DNA from: an uncultured virus (IMG/VR IMGVR_UViG_3300033148_003000)
Lineage: Duplodnaviria; Heunggongvirae; Uroviricota; Caudoviricetes
Virus record (IMG/VR): IMGVR_UViG_3300033148_003000
Direction: 5' to 3' (one strand)
DNA length: 64,000 bases
A program made the translations under genes and the position numbers. Below are positions 19,869 through 29,948 of the stretch, in pieces (the stretch's first letter is position 1; every line of letters begins with the position of its first letter). A model generated the notes under the pieces. It worked only from the letters and a program-made list of their open reading frames with translations, did no database searches and was not told where the DNA came from.

Positions 19869-21152
19869 TCACTTTTTATCACATCTACAAAATACACCAT
19901 TATCATAATTGATAATATAAGGATAAGGACATTTTTGACTTTTAGTCCCTTGACGACCTTTTCTTGACATAAAATTAAAGATCGTTTCATTTGTATCATG
20001 AAGATTTTTTGATTTTCCTGATAAAAACCAATCACAATCGTTTGGCATAGACTTACATTTCTCAATATGTCGATAATCAGGGAACCCATCACCAAATCCA
20101 TCTTTTATTGAATCCCATAATGAATTATTATTAGCCTGGGCACCAACAATTATGTTTACACCAAATATATTACAAAAAAGTTTTAAATCTTTTGTTACAG
20201 GATTTGCCCAATCTTCAACACCTTTAATTTGTTGAACATAATCAATGATAACTGTTTTAGGTTTAATTTCTTTGATAAGTTTTTTAACAATCGGTAAAGT
20301 CATCCCTCCACACATTTCTTTAGGTCCTACTAAATGGAGATTATCGCCGTGTTTTTCAATTAGGGATTTTCTTAATTTTTTATATTCTAGAGATTCACCA
20401 TTAACGATCATATCTTTAGTTATTTTACCACAAGTTAAAAATGGTAAAAATCTACCATTAACTTCACCTAAAGACATTTCTCCACGAATAACTAAAGTTT
20501 TATTTCCTTCCCTTAAACTCGCCAATGCCATTATCATCAGTAAACTACTCTTACCATGTCCGGTTGGCATTAATACCATTCCTAGGGACTCTGGATAATT
20601 AAAACGTTTTTTCCCTGTATCGTAATAATCAATACCAATTGGTAAAAACTCCCCGTTCTCATAATCATACGCTGATGTGAATTCTTCACAATCATCTTTA
20701 AAGAAATTGGTATTGATTATTTTAGAAGAGAATTGTTTTTTATCAGCAACATCTTCTAAACCTGTAATTAATTCCTTTAACAAGTCTTCTTTATATTTAC
20801 TCGAATCGACATTATTCAAATAGTCTTGGATTTTATCTAAAGTTTCTTTTTCTCGCATGATATCGAGATACATTTCTTTTGTTGTTGCGAAATCCAATTC
20901 CAACTCTGGTCTTTGAAAATCATAATGTGATTCAACATATGTAACTGAATGTTTATTTTCTTTAATATCATAATAAATCTCAGTTTGTAAATCAGACATC
21001 ATAACTCTAGAAAAAGGTAATTCATCTATGTTGGAATCATCTTCGCAACAATATACCAATACTTGATCAACCAATTCTTTTACATTTATTTTACATTCTT
21101 TAAAATTATTGATGAACGAAGTGTTTTTTCTTATTTTATTAAAATTGTTCAT
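19869..21152 (-). CDS. DnaB-like (SF4) replicative helicase
   Basis: PTGHGKS Walker A, GEM, IIDYVQ, GAQAN, KGR. Confidence 0.85.
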   Translation of the reverse strand: MNNFNKIRKNTSFINNFKECKINVKELVDQVLVYCCEDDSNIDELPFSRVMMSDLQTEIYYDIKENKHSVTYVESHYDFQRPELELDFATTKEMYLDIMREKETLDKIQDYLNNVDSSKYKEDLLKELITGLEDVADKKQFSSKIINTNFFKDDCEEFTSAYDYENGEFLPIGIDYYDTGKKRFNYPESLGMVLMPTGHGKSSLLMIMALASLREGNKTLVIRGEMSLGEVNGRFLPFLTCGKITKDMIVNGESLEYKKLRKSLIEKHGDNLHLVGPKEMCGGMTLPIVKKLIKEIKPKTVIIDYVQQIKGVEDWANPVTKDLKLFCNIFGVNIIVGAQANNNSLWDSIKDGFGDGFPDYRHIEKCKSMPNDCDWFLSGKSKNLHDTNETIFNFMSRKGRQGTKSQKCPYPYIINYDNGVFCRCDKK

Positions 21153-21166
21153 TTATATTTCTCTTT

Positions 21167-21646
21167 TTATTTATTATTATTCTCACTTAATGTAAAATCT
21201 CGGTTGTATTCAGATATCAACGTACAAATTTTATCAACTATAACATTTAATTTAACATCAGAATGCCCTTTTACGTGATGAAAATATAACTTAACAGGAT
21301 AATGTTCATAAATATTGGCGATGATTTCATCAACATCTTTTTTTAATTGTAATAATATTGGATCTCTGACTATGTTTTTGTTTGTTACATAATTAACACA
21401 ATTTTGCGAATCTGTATACATATCTATAGATTCTACATCACAACCATTTTGTAAATAATTTTTTACAACATTTTTTAAACCATATTTAATTGCAGTAAAT
21501 TCCAAACAATTACTTTTAATACCAAAAGTTGTTTTACAAAATTGATGTGATATTCTTCCATTGATTAAAACAATAAAAGAATAACTACCGTCACCAGTTT
21601 TATGTCTATAACTGGCATCGGTGTAAATTTGAATTGATTTACCCAT
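21167..21646 (-). CDS. rnhA: Ribonuclease HI
   Basis: IYTDAS, SNCLEFTA, YTDSQ, HVKGH, NVIVD. Confidence 0.9.
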   Translation of the reverse strand: MGKSIQIYTDASYRHKTGDGSYSFIVLINGRISHQFCKTTFGIKSNCLEFTAIKYGLKNVVKNYLQNGCDVESIDMYTDSQNCVNYVTNKNIVRDPILLQLKKDVDEIIANIYEHYPVKLYFHHVKGHSDVKLNVIVDKICTLISEYNRDFTLSENNNK

Positions 21647-22307
21647 TTATTTTACGCATATGAAGATGAATTAATACATCATCAATGTTTTTATAAAACT
21701 GTTCTAATGTTGAGGTATTTTCCACTGTATAATTGAAACTATGTTTGTCTAATTCTGTTTCTAAACTATCATCAGATAATTTATAACCATCTTTAACCAA
21801 ACGATCTAGGTTGGGTTCTATCCTTATGGTAATAACTTTTTTCTGAGTAAATTTGTTGAGAATTTTTTCTTCAATTATTTTTCGCCAATCATCAATAACT
21901 AAATTTTTTGATTCATTTTGTAGCAATTCTTTATTTTCTAAAGTAAATCTATTTACCCAATAATCATCACCATGAATATTTTTCATATCTGTTGAAATTT
22001 CAACTAAACCCTGGTTTTTATAATCCAATGGTAATTCTGACCATTCATCATCAAAATTTTCATTTTCAAAATGTTTAAATATATTAATGTCAACTTTTTT
22101 TAATTCACTCATTGACCATTCATAACGAAAGAAATTTTTATATTTTTCTAATTGTTCTTGAGTAATGTTATGGATATTACAAAACATTTCTTTCAATTGT
22201 TTCACAATAGTTAAAGTTTTTGTTGAATATTTTTCAGCTAAATAGTTAGCCATTGTTGTTTTACCAGAACCATTTTTTCCACTTATCATCAATAAATAAT
22301 TCATCAT
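21639..22307 (-). CDS. Deoxynucleoside monophosphate kinase
   Basis: ISGKNGSGKTT, DYWV, VIDDWR, SLETELD. Confidence 0.8.
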   Translation of the reverse strand: MMNYLLMISGKNGSGKTTMANYLAEKYSTKTLTIVKQLKEMFCNIHNITQEQLEKYKNFFRYEWSMSELKKVDINIFKHFENENFDDEWSELPLDYKNQGLVEISTDMKNIHGDDYWVNRFTLENKELLQNESKNLVIDDWRKIIEEKILNKFTQKKVITIRIEPNLDRLVKDGYKLSDDSLETELDKHSFNYTVENTSTLEQFYKNIDDVLIHLHMRKING

Positions 22308-22336
22308 TACGTGTCCTTGTATTAATTACCTAAAAC

Positions 22337-22669
22337 TTACCTAAACATTTCCACTTTACCTTCTAAAGATCCTAAACGCACCAGTTTATATTTTCTACCA
22401 CCTTCTGGATCATCAGGGTTCCAATTTCCACCAACTCTCAGAATTGAAAATTGTTTGGCCATTACACGACCTTTAAATTTATCGTAAAGCTTATCAACCT
22501 TATGGGTTAAAACAAAATCGATTTCGTAATATTCATCAACCCTTTTGTTGTCTATAAATACATGATCATACCTAGCAACCATTTTAGCTTCACTTCGTGT
22601 ACGACATTCTCCAACCTGAACTAAAATATCGCAAATATTTGTGTATCTATCAACTATAAATTTGGACAT
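22337..22669 (-). CDS. Stand-alone S4-like RNA-binding domain (TyrRS C-terminal-like)
   Basis: ICDILVQVG..RTRSEAK.V....VFIDNKRV...ILRVG. Confidence 0.65.
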   Translation of the reverse strand: MSKFIVDRYTNICDILVQVGECRTRSEAKMVARYDHVFIDNKRVDEYYEIDFVLTHKVDKLYDKFKGRVMAKQFSILRVGGNWNPDDPEGGRKYKLVRLGSLEGKVEMFR

Positions 22670-23219
22670 ATTGACCTTTCTTTAATATTTCATACATACT
22701 AGTATTGTAACCTTGACCAAAATCGTTAAATCTATAATTTGTATTATTATAAATTATAGAATCTAAACCAATAATCACTTGACATTTATTTAAATCAGGG
22801 TCTAATAACTCACGTAGATCATCTGACATAACATCGTCAATGATAATTACACCATTAGTAAATCCAATTAATTGTTTAGGATTTGATATAAATCTAACTA
22901 TATTATCACTATATCTAATTTGAGTTTTAGTAAAAGTAAATAAACGTTTTAATTTATCAGGAATAAATTCTTGTATTTGGTCAATAACTAATTGTATATT
23001 AATTTTAGTATTACATATATAAATAATATTTTGTTTATCATTTACCAACAATAATAACATTTTTTGCAATAATGTTGTTGTTAATCCAACTTGTCGATCA
23101 TGTTTTTTAATTAAAATAACTTGGTTACTATCTTTAACAATTTGTGGATAAAACACTTCGTTGTTATTTTCGTCTAATTTTAATTCAATATTAAACATGG
23201 TTAACCTTTCTTTGTACAC
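22650..23219 (-). CDS. Truncated terminase-like ATPase domain protein
   Basis: FYPQ, DRQVGLTT (degenerate RQxGKT), IIIDD. Confidence 0.5.
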   Translation of the reverse strand: MYKERLTMFNIELKLDENNNEVFYPQIVKDSNQVILIKKHDRQVGLTTTLLQKMLLLLVNDKQNIIYICNTKINIQLVIDQIQEFIPDKLKRLFTFTKTQIRYSDNIVRFISNPKQLIGFTNGVIIIDDVMSDDLRELLDPDLNKCQVIIGLDSIIYNNTNYRFNDFGQGYNTSMYEILKKGQYVQIYS

Positions 23220-23824
23220 CCGAATTCAACATCAGATGATAATGTAAGTTCAACTTTCCATTTATCTTCTGAATATATTTTAACTAAATATTCTTCTTTT
23301 TGATTATATGGTAAATTATAACCACATATACCCCAATGATCCTGATTCCAATTAAATTGAATATCATTATCATCATCTAAAATAGATAATATTGTTCCAA
23401 CTTTATCTTCAAAATCTTCTATGATAATATTATTATTTTTATCTAACATATTATTCATAATTTCTAAACATATTTTAGCATATAATTCTTTTTTATCTTC
23501 AGTCACCATCTTCTCCTTTTTCAAAATATACATATTGTGTAGATCTTGGATGTTTTCTACCATCAATCCATGTAGCCTTTATATCCCATTTTAACATTAA
23601 TTTAGTTATTAAATTAACATCTTTATAATGTTCTATATCATTATTTTTCATATTATTACCTTTTATGTTAAAATAATTCATCTTTACCAAAATATGAACA
23701 TATACTAACAGGATTATCTTGACTACCAATATTTATTTGTTGAATATTCCATTTTAACATTAAATCAATAATTAAATTATAATCAAAAGTTTCTTCAACA
23801 GAGATGTAATTATTATCATCTTCT

Positions 23825-24715
23825 TTACTTACCACTACTACCAAATCCTCCTGATCCTCTTGTTGTTGAAGATAATTCATCAACTTCAACAGTTTCAAAT
23901 ATTTCATCTTTTTTTATCAACAATTGTGTGAATCTTTCACCCACACTTGGGCCATATCCTGTCAAATTTCCTACATTAACCAATTGTACCAAAATTTCAC
24001 CACGATAATCGTTATCTATTACACCAACACCGTTGGTTAACATTACTTTACATCGGAGTTCGCTATTATCTTGGTTATTTCTACCATCTTTAAACAATCC
24101 AGACCTAACATAAAGTTCGCAATGATACCCATCGGGTAATTCCACAGCAATACCAGTTCCATATGTTTTACTCTCAAATGGCCCTAATTCAACCATGTTT
24201 TTGGTTAAACCAATCGATTCATCGGAAATACAACTATCTAAATACAAATCATATCCAACACTAAACTCACTCGATCTTTTCAATAAATACTTTCCTCGAC
24301 CAACATTTTTATATTTCATAAGTTTTGTATCTATATTACATTCATCTAAATGGTTGTTAATCTTGATAGTATCAAATACTGTTAATATATCTGATTGAGT
24401 AGGTGCAAATTTTACATTACTACATATTGATTTATCATCAACAATTTCTTCATTATCTACATCTTGTTCAGGATTTTTATATTCATCTTTAACTCTTTTA
24501 GCCAAAATATTTACAACTTCTGTTGTCACATCTTCACCTTGTTCGATACGTTCCATTAATCTAGTATATAAATCACATATTGTTATTTTATTTGTTACAT
24601 TTAATTTATGTAAAGACAACTTAATATCAAATGAACCCAACAATTCATTCATATTGTCTATCATTTTATTTTTTGGCAATTTACTGAATTCTTCTTTTGA
24701 TATATATTTATCCAT
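23825..24715 (-). CDS. dut: Trimeric dUTPase with N-terminal extension
   Basis: All five motifs: GYDL, RSGL, GVIDNDYRGE, GERFTQ, RGSGGFGSSG. Confidence 0.93.
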   Translation of the reverse strand: MDKYISKEEFSKLPKNKMIDNMNELLGSFDIKLSLHKLNVTNKITICDLYTRLMERIEQGEDVTTEVVNILAKRVKDEYKNPEQDVDNEEIVDDKSICSNVKFAPTQSDILTVFDTIKINNHLDECNIDTKLMKYKNVGRGKYLLKRSSEFSVGYDLYLDSCISDESIGLTKNMVELGPFESKTYGTGIAVELPDGYHCELYVRSGLFKDGRNNQDNSELRCKVMLTNGVGVIDNDYRGEILVQLVNVGNLTGYGPSVGERFTQLLIKKDEIFETVEVDELSSTTRGSGGFGSSGK

Positions 24716-25475
24716 GTTTGTTCTCCTTTAATTAGTTTAACAATTTATTTAACAATTTATTTAACTATTAACATTTTTAAATGATAACAACAGTCACTTT
24801 AAAATCCTTTTAAATGATGTTTCCAGACCTCTCATACAACTTTAACCAATTTTAGGTATGTTAGTATACCTAAATTATTCAAAACCTCTTAAATCGTCTT
24901 AAAATTAACTATCTAAATTAATTAATATATTTTTAACATCTTTCATAGCATATTCATATCCTCTTTCAATACCATAAAGATATTCTTTGTTTGCAAACAA
25001 TTTTAAACCATCAATTAACAATAATAATTTATATCTCATTAATGATTCTAATATTTCAATTAATATTTTTTTATATGTAAAATACATTATTTCCTTTCAA
25101 TTATCTCATTCCATTAATTTTCTTTTAACATCTTCCATCGCAGATTCATAACCCTCTTTAACACCATCAATATAAATATAATCATAATATAGGTTAGAAT
25201 CATTTATTTGATGAAATTTATCTGGTATTAATACATCATCAATATATTCCGTAAGTGATATTTTAAATCCATCAATCATCTTTTTAATCTTCCTCTTTTA
25301 ATTCTAATAATCTTTTTCTTACTATTTTTAGATCTCTGTTTATATATTTTCTATTATTCTCAAGAGTTCGAATACTACTCAATAATGACTCTATGAAACG
25401 TTCCCTTTTTAATGTACCGACTTCATAACCTGCATTTAAATACATTAACCCTGTTTTTATACTCATTATTTACCT

Positions 25476-25682
25476 TTAACAATTTAATAAATTATCAACA
25501 TTTAATAATGTAAATATTGAGAATGGATCAACACCCATCATACTTAAAACCCATAATACTCCAAAAACAACAACTGCTATTATAACAATTTTAATAGTTA
25601 AAAATACCACTGAAAGTATTAATGCTAATAATCCCATAAAACCCATTTCATATAATTTCATTTTATTCTCCTTCATCCTCAA
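25476..25682 (-). CDS. Small membrane protein
   Basis: Long hydrophobic segment. Confidence 0.55.
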   Translation of the reverse strand: MRMKENKMKLYEMGFMGLLALILSVVFLTIKIVIIAVVVFGVLWVLSMMGVDPFSIFTLLNVDNLLNC

Positions 25683-26463
25683 CTTCGTCTTCGACGTCTT
25701 CTTTTAACATTTCACCTAGATAATTATATTGATAATCTTTAACCCATTTTTCCCAATATTGTTTTAAATTTTCATATCTGAACATGGATTTATCTAAATT
25801 CAAATGATAAAGATGAATAGCATAAACATCTGATTCATCATTGGTTTCAGGAATTCGTCCAAAATCATGTATAAAAAGATCAACAAAAACTTTTTTATTA
25901 TCAGGTTTAATTACCCTTTTATAGTTTTTTAATTCTTCTTTATTAAATGTTGAAATTTTGTCATTGATATATTCATCAACATTATCAAATTTAGACATAT
26001 CTTCAATAAAAGATTTTATACGATTTCTCCATTGTTGTGGATAATACACAACAGTTGGAATGTCCAAAGTGTTGATAATACCATGTGACTCTGCTAAATC
26101 TAACCCAGTTCTATCGTCAAATACCATAATGGGCATTTCTTTAACAATATAACGAGGTTTATATTCCAACAACAACTTTTTTAGTTGATCGTGTTTATGG
26201 ATTAAACGATTATGTAGTTTGTCTTCTCTCACTTTCGTGTCTCTTTTTTTAACAAGTTTACCTTTTTTCTTTACCCATAACTCTTTTTCAGATCTACCTT
26301 CACCTGATGGAATCCATGTATTGTCATAAGGATTACCGTTTATAACACCTGTAGTTATAGTTTTAGTAGTATTACCACCATATATTAACCAACCACTGGT
26401 TTTGGTAGCAATATCTAAAACCATATAATCTGATTTAAATTCAACAACTTGTTTATTTTCCAT
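25663..26463 (-). CDS. RuvC-like Holliday junction resolvase
   Basis: VLDIATKTSGW, IVKE, LAESHG, YPQQWR, NDESDVYAI. Confidence 0.75.
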   Translation of the reverse strand: MENKQVVEFKSDYMVLDIATKTSGWLIYGGNTTKTITTGVINGNPYDNTWIPSGEGRSEKELWVKKKGKLVKKRDTKVREDKLHNRLIHKHDQLKKLLLEYKPRYIVKEMPIMVFDDRTGLDLAESHGIINTLDIPTVVYYPQQWRNRIKSFIEDMSKFDNVDEYINDKISTFNKEELKNYKRVIKPDNKKVFVDLFIHDFGRIPETNDESDVYAIHLYHLNLDKSMFRYENLKQYWEKWVKDYQYNYLGEMLKEDVEDEVEDEGE

Positions 26464-26887
26464 AATTTATTCTTGTTAAACCTAAACTAACTCTAACTAA
26501 ATCAAGATCATTATCATTTATAAACAAATTATCACCTTTTTGACATAAATAACATAAACTCCATCTAAGAAATTCCAATTGATTATCAAACATGAATATC
26601 TCATTTATTTCTTCATTATCCAAAGACCATTTAATGAATTTATGAAATGTATCACTATCTTTAACATATGTAATATATCGATTAAATGTTGAATTAATTG
26701 ATTGCCAATTATATAAATAATCTTTTTCAATTTCTCTATAATGACTAGTTAATATAAAAATATCATCACTATTGTCTACACATGCAAAAATTCTATCGTG
26801 TTGATTTTTTTTAGAAATATCACAAAAATCTATTTCTTTAACTAATTTACGTTTTAATTGAATTATCTTTCTCATAATTAACCTCAA
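26453..26887 (-). CDS. Hypothetical protein, distant MKKVV family member
   Basis: IFMFDNQLEFLRW matches the family C-terminal motif. Confidence 0.55.
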   Translation of the reverse strand: MRLIMRKIIQLKRKLVKEIDFCDISKKNQHDRIFACVDNSDDIFILTSHYREIEKDYLYNWQSINSTFNRYITYVKDSDTFHKFIKWSLDNEEINEIFMFDNQLEFLRWSLCYLCQKGDNLFINDNDLDLVRVSLGLTRINYGK

Positions 26888-26972
26888 ATTTTACAATTGT
26901 ATCCAATCTTAAAATTCTTCGAATTTACAGTTCTTCGAATCTTAAAGTTTTTCAAATCCTGTTGTGTCCAAT

Positions 26973-27491
26973 CTAAAGTTCTTCAAATCCATCAACAGAA
27001 TCAATAACAGTATTCACGTCAATAACCATATCACCAAAATCATCATCTACACTTAGGTTGATTATTTTAGTTTCAATTTTTTCTTTCAGTTCTGCTAATT
27101 CACTTTTTGTTAATTTAATTCTGTTAATTGTATCATCAACAATCTGATCCAATGATTGTGTGACTTTTTTTGCGGCACTCATTGCTAAAACAAACGCTTC
27201 TTCTTTCAACCCATCATCGTTCATTTTATCTGCAAATCTGTAAAATGTATCTCTTAAACGGTCATCGATAAAACTTAAATCTTGAATTTTTTTTCTTAAA
27301 TCTCTAGGAACAAACCTGTCCATAATCATTTCAACTACAAATTTTTTGGAACCTCTTGCAATATAATCCAAAGACTTATTGGTTAAAATTTGTAAACCAA
27401 TATTTTGAATTGATGATTGATCACCATCTTTGTTAATTTTTTGATTTAGAACTTTCTTTACTAAATCAACTACAAATTTCTTAATGTTCAT
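26973..27491 (-). CDS. Hypothetical protein
   Basis: GAGGT RBS, 172 aa. Confidence 0.65.
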   Translation of the reverse strand: MNIKKFVVDLVKKVLNQKINKDGDQSSIQNIGLQILTNKSLDYIARGSKKFVVEMIMDRFVPRDLRKKIQDLSFIDDRLRDTFYRFADKMNDDGLKEEAFVLAMSAAKKVTQSLDQIVDDTINRIKLTKSELAELKEKIETKIINLSVDDDFGDMVIDVNTVIDSVDGFEEL

Positions 27492-27510
27492 ATTTTTACC
27501 TCTTATTTAA

Positions 27511-28239
27511 CTAACTAATATAATAACAACTTTTACTAAATTTATTTACGTCTCTCGATAAAACTATTCCATTTAACATAACCAACGATAGATTACTATC
27601 GTCATACACTTTTACAGTATTTATATTTATTTCTTCGTTTAACAATTCATCACACACCAATGGTTCTTTAATTGATAGATAAATTTTTGGAAAAAATAAT
27701 TCTCTAAGTTTAAATTCATATTTTTTAATCAGGATAAAATTACACCTATTTTTAAATTCGACTTGTTTAGGTAATATTAATGTATTAATATCGGTAAAAT
27801 ACATACATCTACAACATGATTTGGTATACATTAACTGTTGTTTACTTGTTATCAAATAATAATCTTCAAAATCTTTAAAATCTCTAATATTAAAATCATC
27901 AATATTAAACTTTTTTCCTTGTAATAATTCCAACAAACCATTTATTTCATTTGGTTCATTATTTTCACCATTTATTACAAAATCTGTTATTGCAATCCCT
28001 AAACATTTCATTGTTTGGTTAATTTTTCGTTTTATTTGGTTTATACTTGTATTATGGTCAATATTTAATTTACATCCAACACCTATTTTCATTGACGAAT
28101 TAACTAATTCGTCATCAACTTCTTCAAAATCCACTACATCCGAATTTTTCATCAACATTTCCAATACTAGATTTTCTTTACATAATAAATGTTTATAATT
28201 ATCTTTCAAATATTGCACCGCATCAAAGTTATTTAACAT
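27511..28239 (-). CDS. Hypothetical protein, possible degenerate major-capsid paralog
   Basis: MKCLGIAITDFVINGENNEPNEINGL resembles the INGD..NEFDGL segment of HK97-fold capsid proteins. Confidence 0.35.
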   Translation of the reverse strand: MLNNFDAVQYLKDNYKHLLCKENLVLEMLMKNSDVVDFEEVDDELVNSSMKIGVGCKLNIDHNTSINQIKRKINQTMKCLGIAITDFVINGENNEPNEINGLLELLQGKKFNIDDFNIRDFKDFEDYYLITSKQQLMYTKSCCRCMYFTDINTLILPKQVEFKNRCNFILIKKYEFKLRELFFPKIYLSIKEPLVCDELLNEEININTVKVYDDSNLSLVMLNGIVLSRDVNKFSKSCYYIS

Positions 28240-28537
28240 CTTTATTTTTCCTTTTACTAACTTTTCTATAAACCTTTTTATGACATTTTTCCAACTTTGT
28301 AATTTTCTTTTTATTTTCTTTATACAAATAATTTAGATAATTTAATTTTGATTCATTATCCGATGATAAATCAACAACTATTTCACATTTATCAACAAGA
28401 AATGGTTCTACTTCAAATAAATATTGACTTAAAATATGTAACCATGTTTGTCGAAATTCAATATCTAATATTTCTGATTCTTCTTTCAGAAATCCAACCA
28501 AACATTGTGGAACATCTTTTAAAGTTTTACTTAACAT
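28229..28537 (-). CDS. Hypothetical protein
   Basis: Co-oriented, coupled ORF. Confidence 0.55.
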   Translation of the reverse strand: MLSKTLKDVPQCLVGFLKEESEILDIEFRQTWLHILSQYLFEVEPFLVDKCEIVVDLSSDNESKLNYLNYLYKENKKKITKLEKCHKKVYRKVSKRKNKDVK

Positions 28538-28551
28538 TTACTTAACATTTA

Positions 28552-29496
28552 CTAAACATTTAGTCCACAAATTTTATCAATATCTTTAATAGTGAGTAAT
28601 TTATCACAAACACTTACATATCTACAATATTTACATCTGTCTTGTGATTTTGATTTTGGTGTTGGTAAAGTTTTTTTAATGTAGTGTTTTTTCAAAGTTG
28701 TTAATTTGGTTTTAATTTGTTGTACCAACTTTCGGGATTTTTTAACCAAATACGCAACCTCTAAATTGGTATTCCCACGGTCTGTGTAGTAAAACATTTG
28801 ATAATCAATCCCTAATTCAGACATGTATAGATTACCTTGAGGTAAATGCTCTAAAACAGGATAACCTTGATTTACTATTTTATCAATCTTATGGAAATGT
28901 TCATTAGAGTAATCCAACTGATAACTTCCAGTTGTTTTAATTTCACCAACAAACTTTAAATCCAACCCATAAATATTAAAAAAATTACCCACAAAATCAG
29001 CATGACCAGTGAAAAACATTTTATCATTTTTGATTTCGGTTTCTAGTTGATATTCTCCATTTTCATCCTTTTCAACAATACCAAACAGAGATAAATCTCT
29101 TTGTAACATACCATGTAAAAATGTTCCCAAATTTGCAGCATTTTTCCAATTATGATTTTCTTTAGGATTTTTTGGGATTTTCAGATCTCGTTGACCATCA
29201 TGATAGTCTAAAAATATAAATTTTGGGCATCTTCCAATCATAGATGCTCTAACAGGATATTTTCTTTCAGATTGTTCATAAATCGACTCAGTAAATGGTT
29301 TACCTTGATAAAACATTTTTGGGTGATAGTTCCACATTTCAGTTCTAAATTCACCAAATAATTCAGTAAATGTTGGTAATTTAATGCAATCACCATCTTT
29401 AGAATACTTCACGAAGTCTTCTATCAACTCTTTTTCATCTAAAATTTCTCTAGTATTATTACTAAAACAATTAAAATCAACCATATCAAACACCAT
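28552..29496 (-). CDS. Cas4-like PD-(D/E)XK exonuclease
   Basis: RASMIGRCP, GTFLH, GHAD, EIKT, QGNLYM, CKYCRYVSVC (four-Cys Fe-S pattern). Confidence 0.85.
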   Translation of the reverse strand: MVFDMVDFNCFSNNTREILDEKELIEDFVKYSKDGDCIKLPTFTELFGEFRTEMWNYHPKMFYQGKPFTESIYEQSERKYPVRASMIGRCPKFIFLDYHDGQRDLKIPKNPKENHNWKNAANLGTFLHGMLQRDLSLFGIVEKDENGEYQLETEIKNDKMFFTGHADFVGNFFNIYGLDLKFVGEIKTTGSYQLDYSNEHFHKIDKIVNQGYPVLEHLPQGNLYMSELGIDYQMFYYTDRGNTNLEVAYLVKKSRKLVQQIKTKLTTLKKHYIKKTLPTPKSKSQDRCKYCRYVSVCDKLLTIKDIDKICGLNV

Positions 29497-29519
29497 TCTT
29501 ATGTCGAACTATTTTGTTA

Positions 29520-29912
29520 TATTCAATTAATCATCAATTAGAAAAGGTGAACTTAGTGTGTTATTTAGTTCTAAACTATTCTTTTAAGATTTTCCCTTTT
29601 AAGATTTACCATCGTACTTCGCTCAGATGAACTACATTTATTAAAATACCAAAAATCGATATAAAATAATTGTTCTCTTTTGCTGTGGACTAAACGGCGT
29701 GGGTTGGGACTTAATACTCCAAATTCAATTTAATATTATGTTAATATTATATCGAAATCTTCGTCGGCTGATCCATACATAAGGACTTACGTTGTTTACA
29801 ACCTTTAGACATTAACCTTTAAATGTTGTTAGTCTAACTGTGTAAACATTCGGCTCGTCTGCAAATAATCAAGGGGAGAAGTTCTAAAGATACCTCATAC
29901 CACAATTTCTAT
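29520..29912 (-). ncRNA. Candidate structured non-coding RNA / long leader
   Basis: No ORF in the track, locally GC-richer, several complementary stems, directly downstream of a near-consensus promoter. Confidence 0.4.
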
Positions 29913-29919
29913 TATACTC

Positions 29920-29948
29920 AGTATAACATAACTAGATATTAATGTCAA
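29920..29948 (-). promoter_or_regulatory. Near-consensus sigma70 promoter for the replication arm
   Basis: TTGACA-17-TATACT with extended TG. Confidence 0.85.

Noticed and set aside
28552..29496. CRISPR-Cas system
   Set aside because: Solo Cas4-like nuclease, common in phages; no cas1/cas2 or array seen.
29520..29912. Group I intron or tRNA
   Set aside because: No flanking exons, and no consistent intron core or cloverleaf recognisable by eye.
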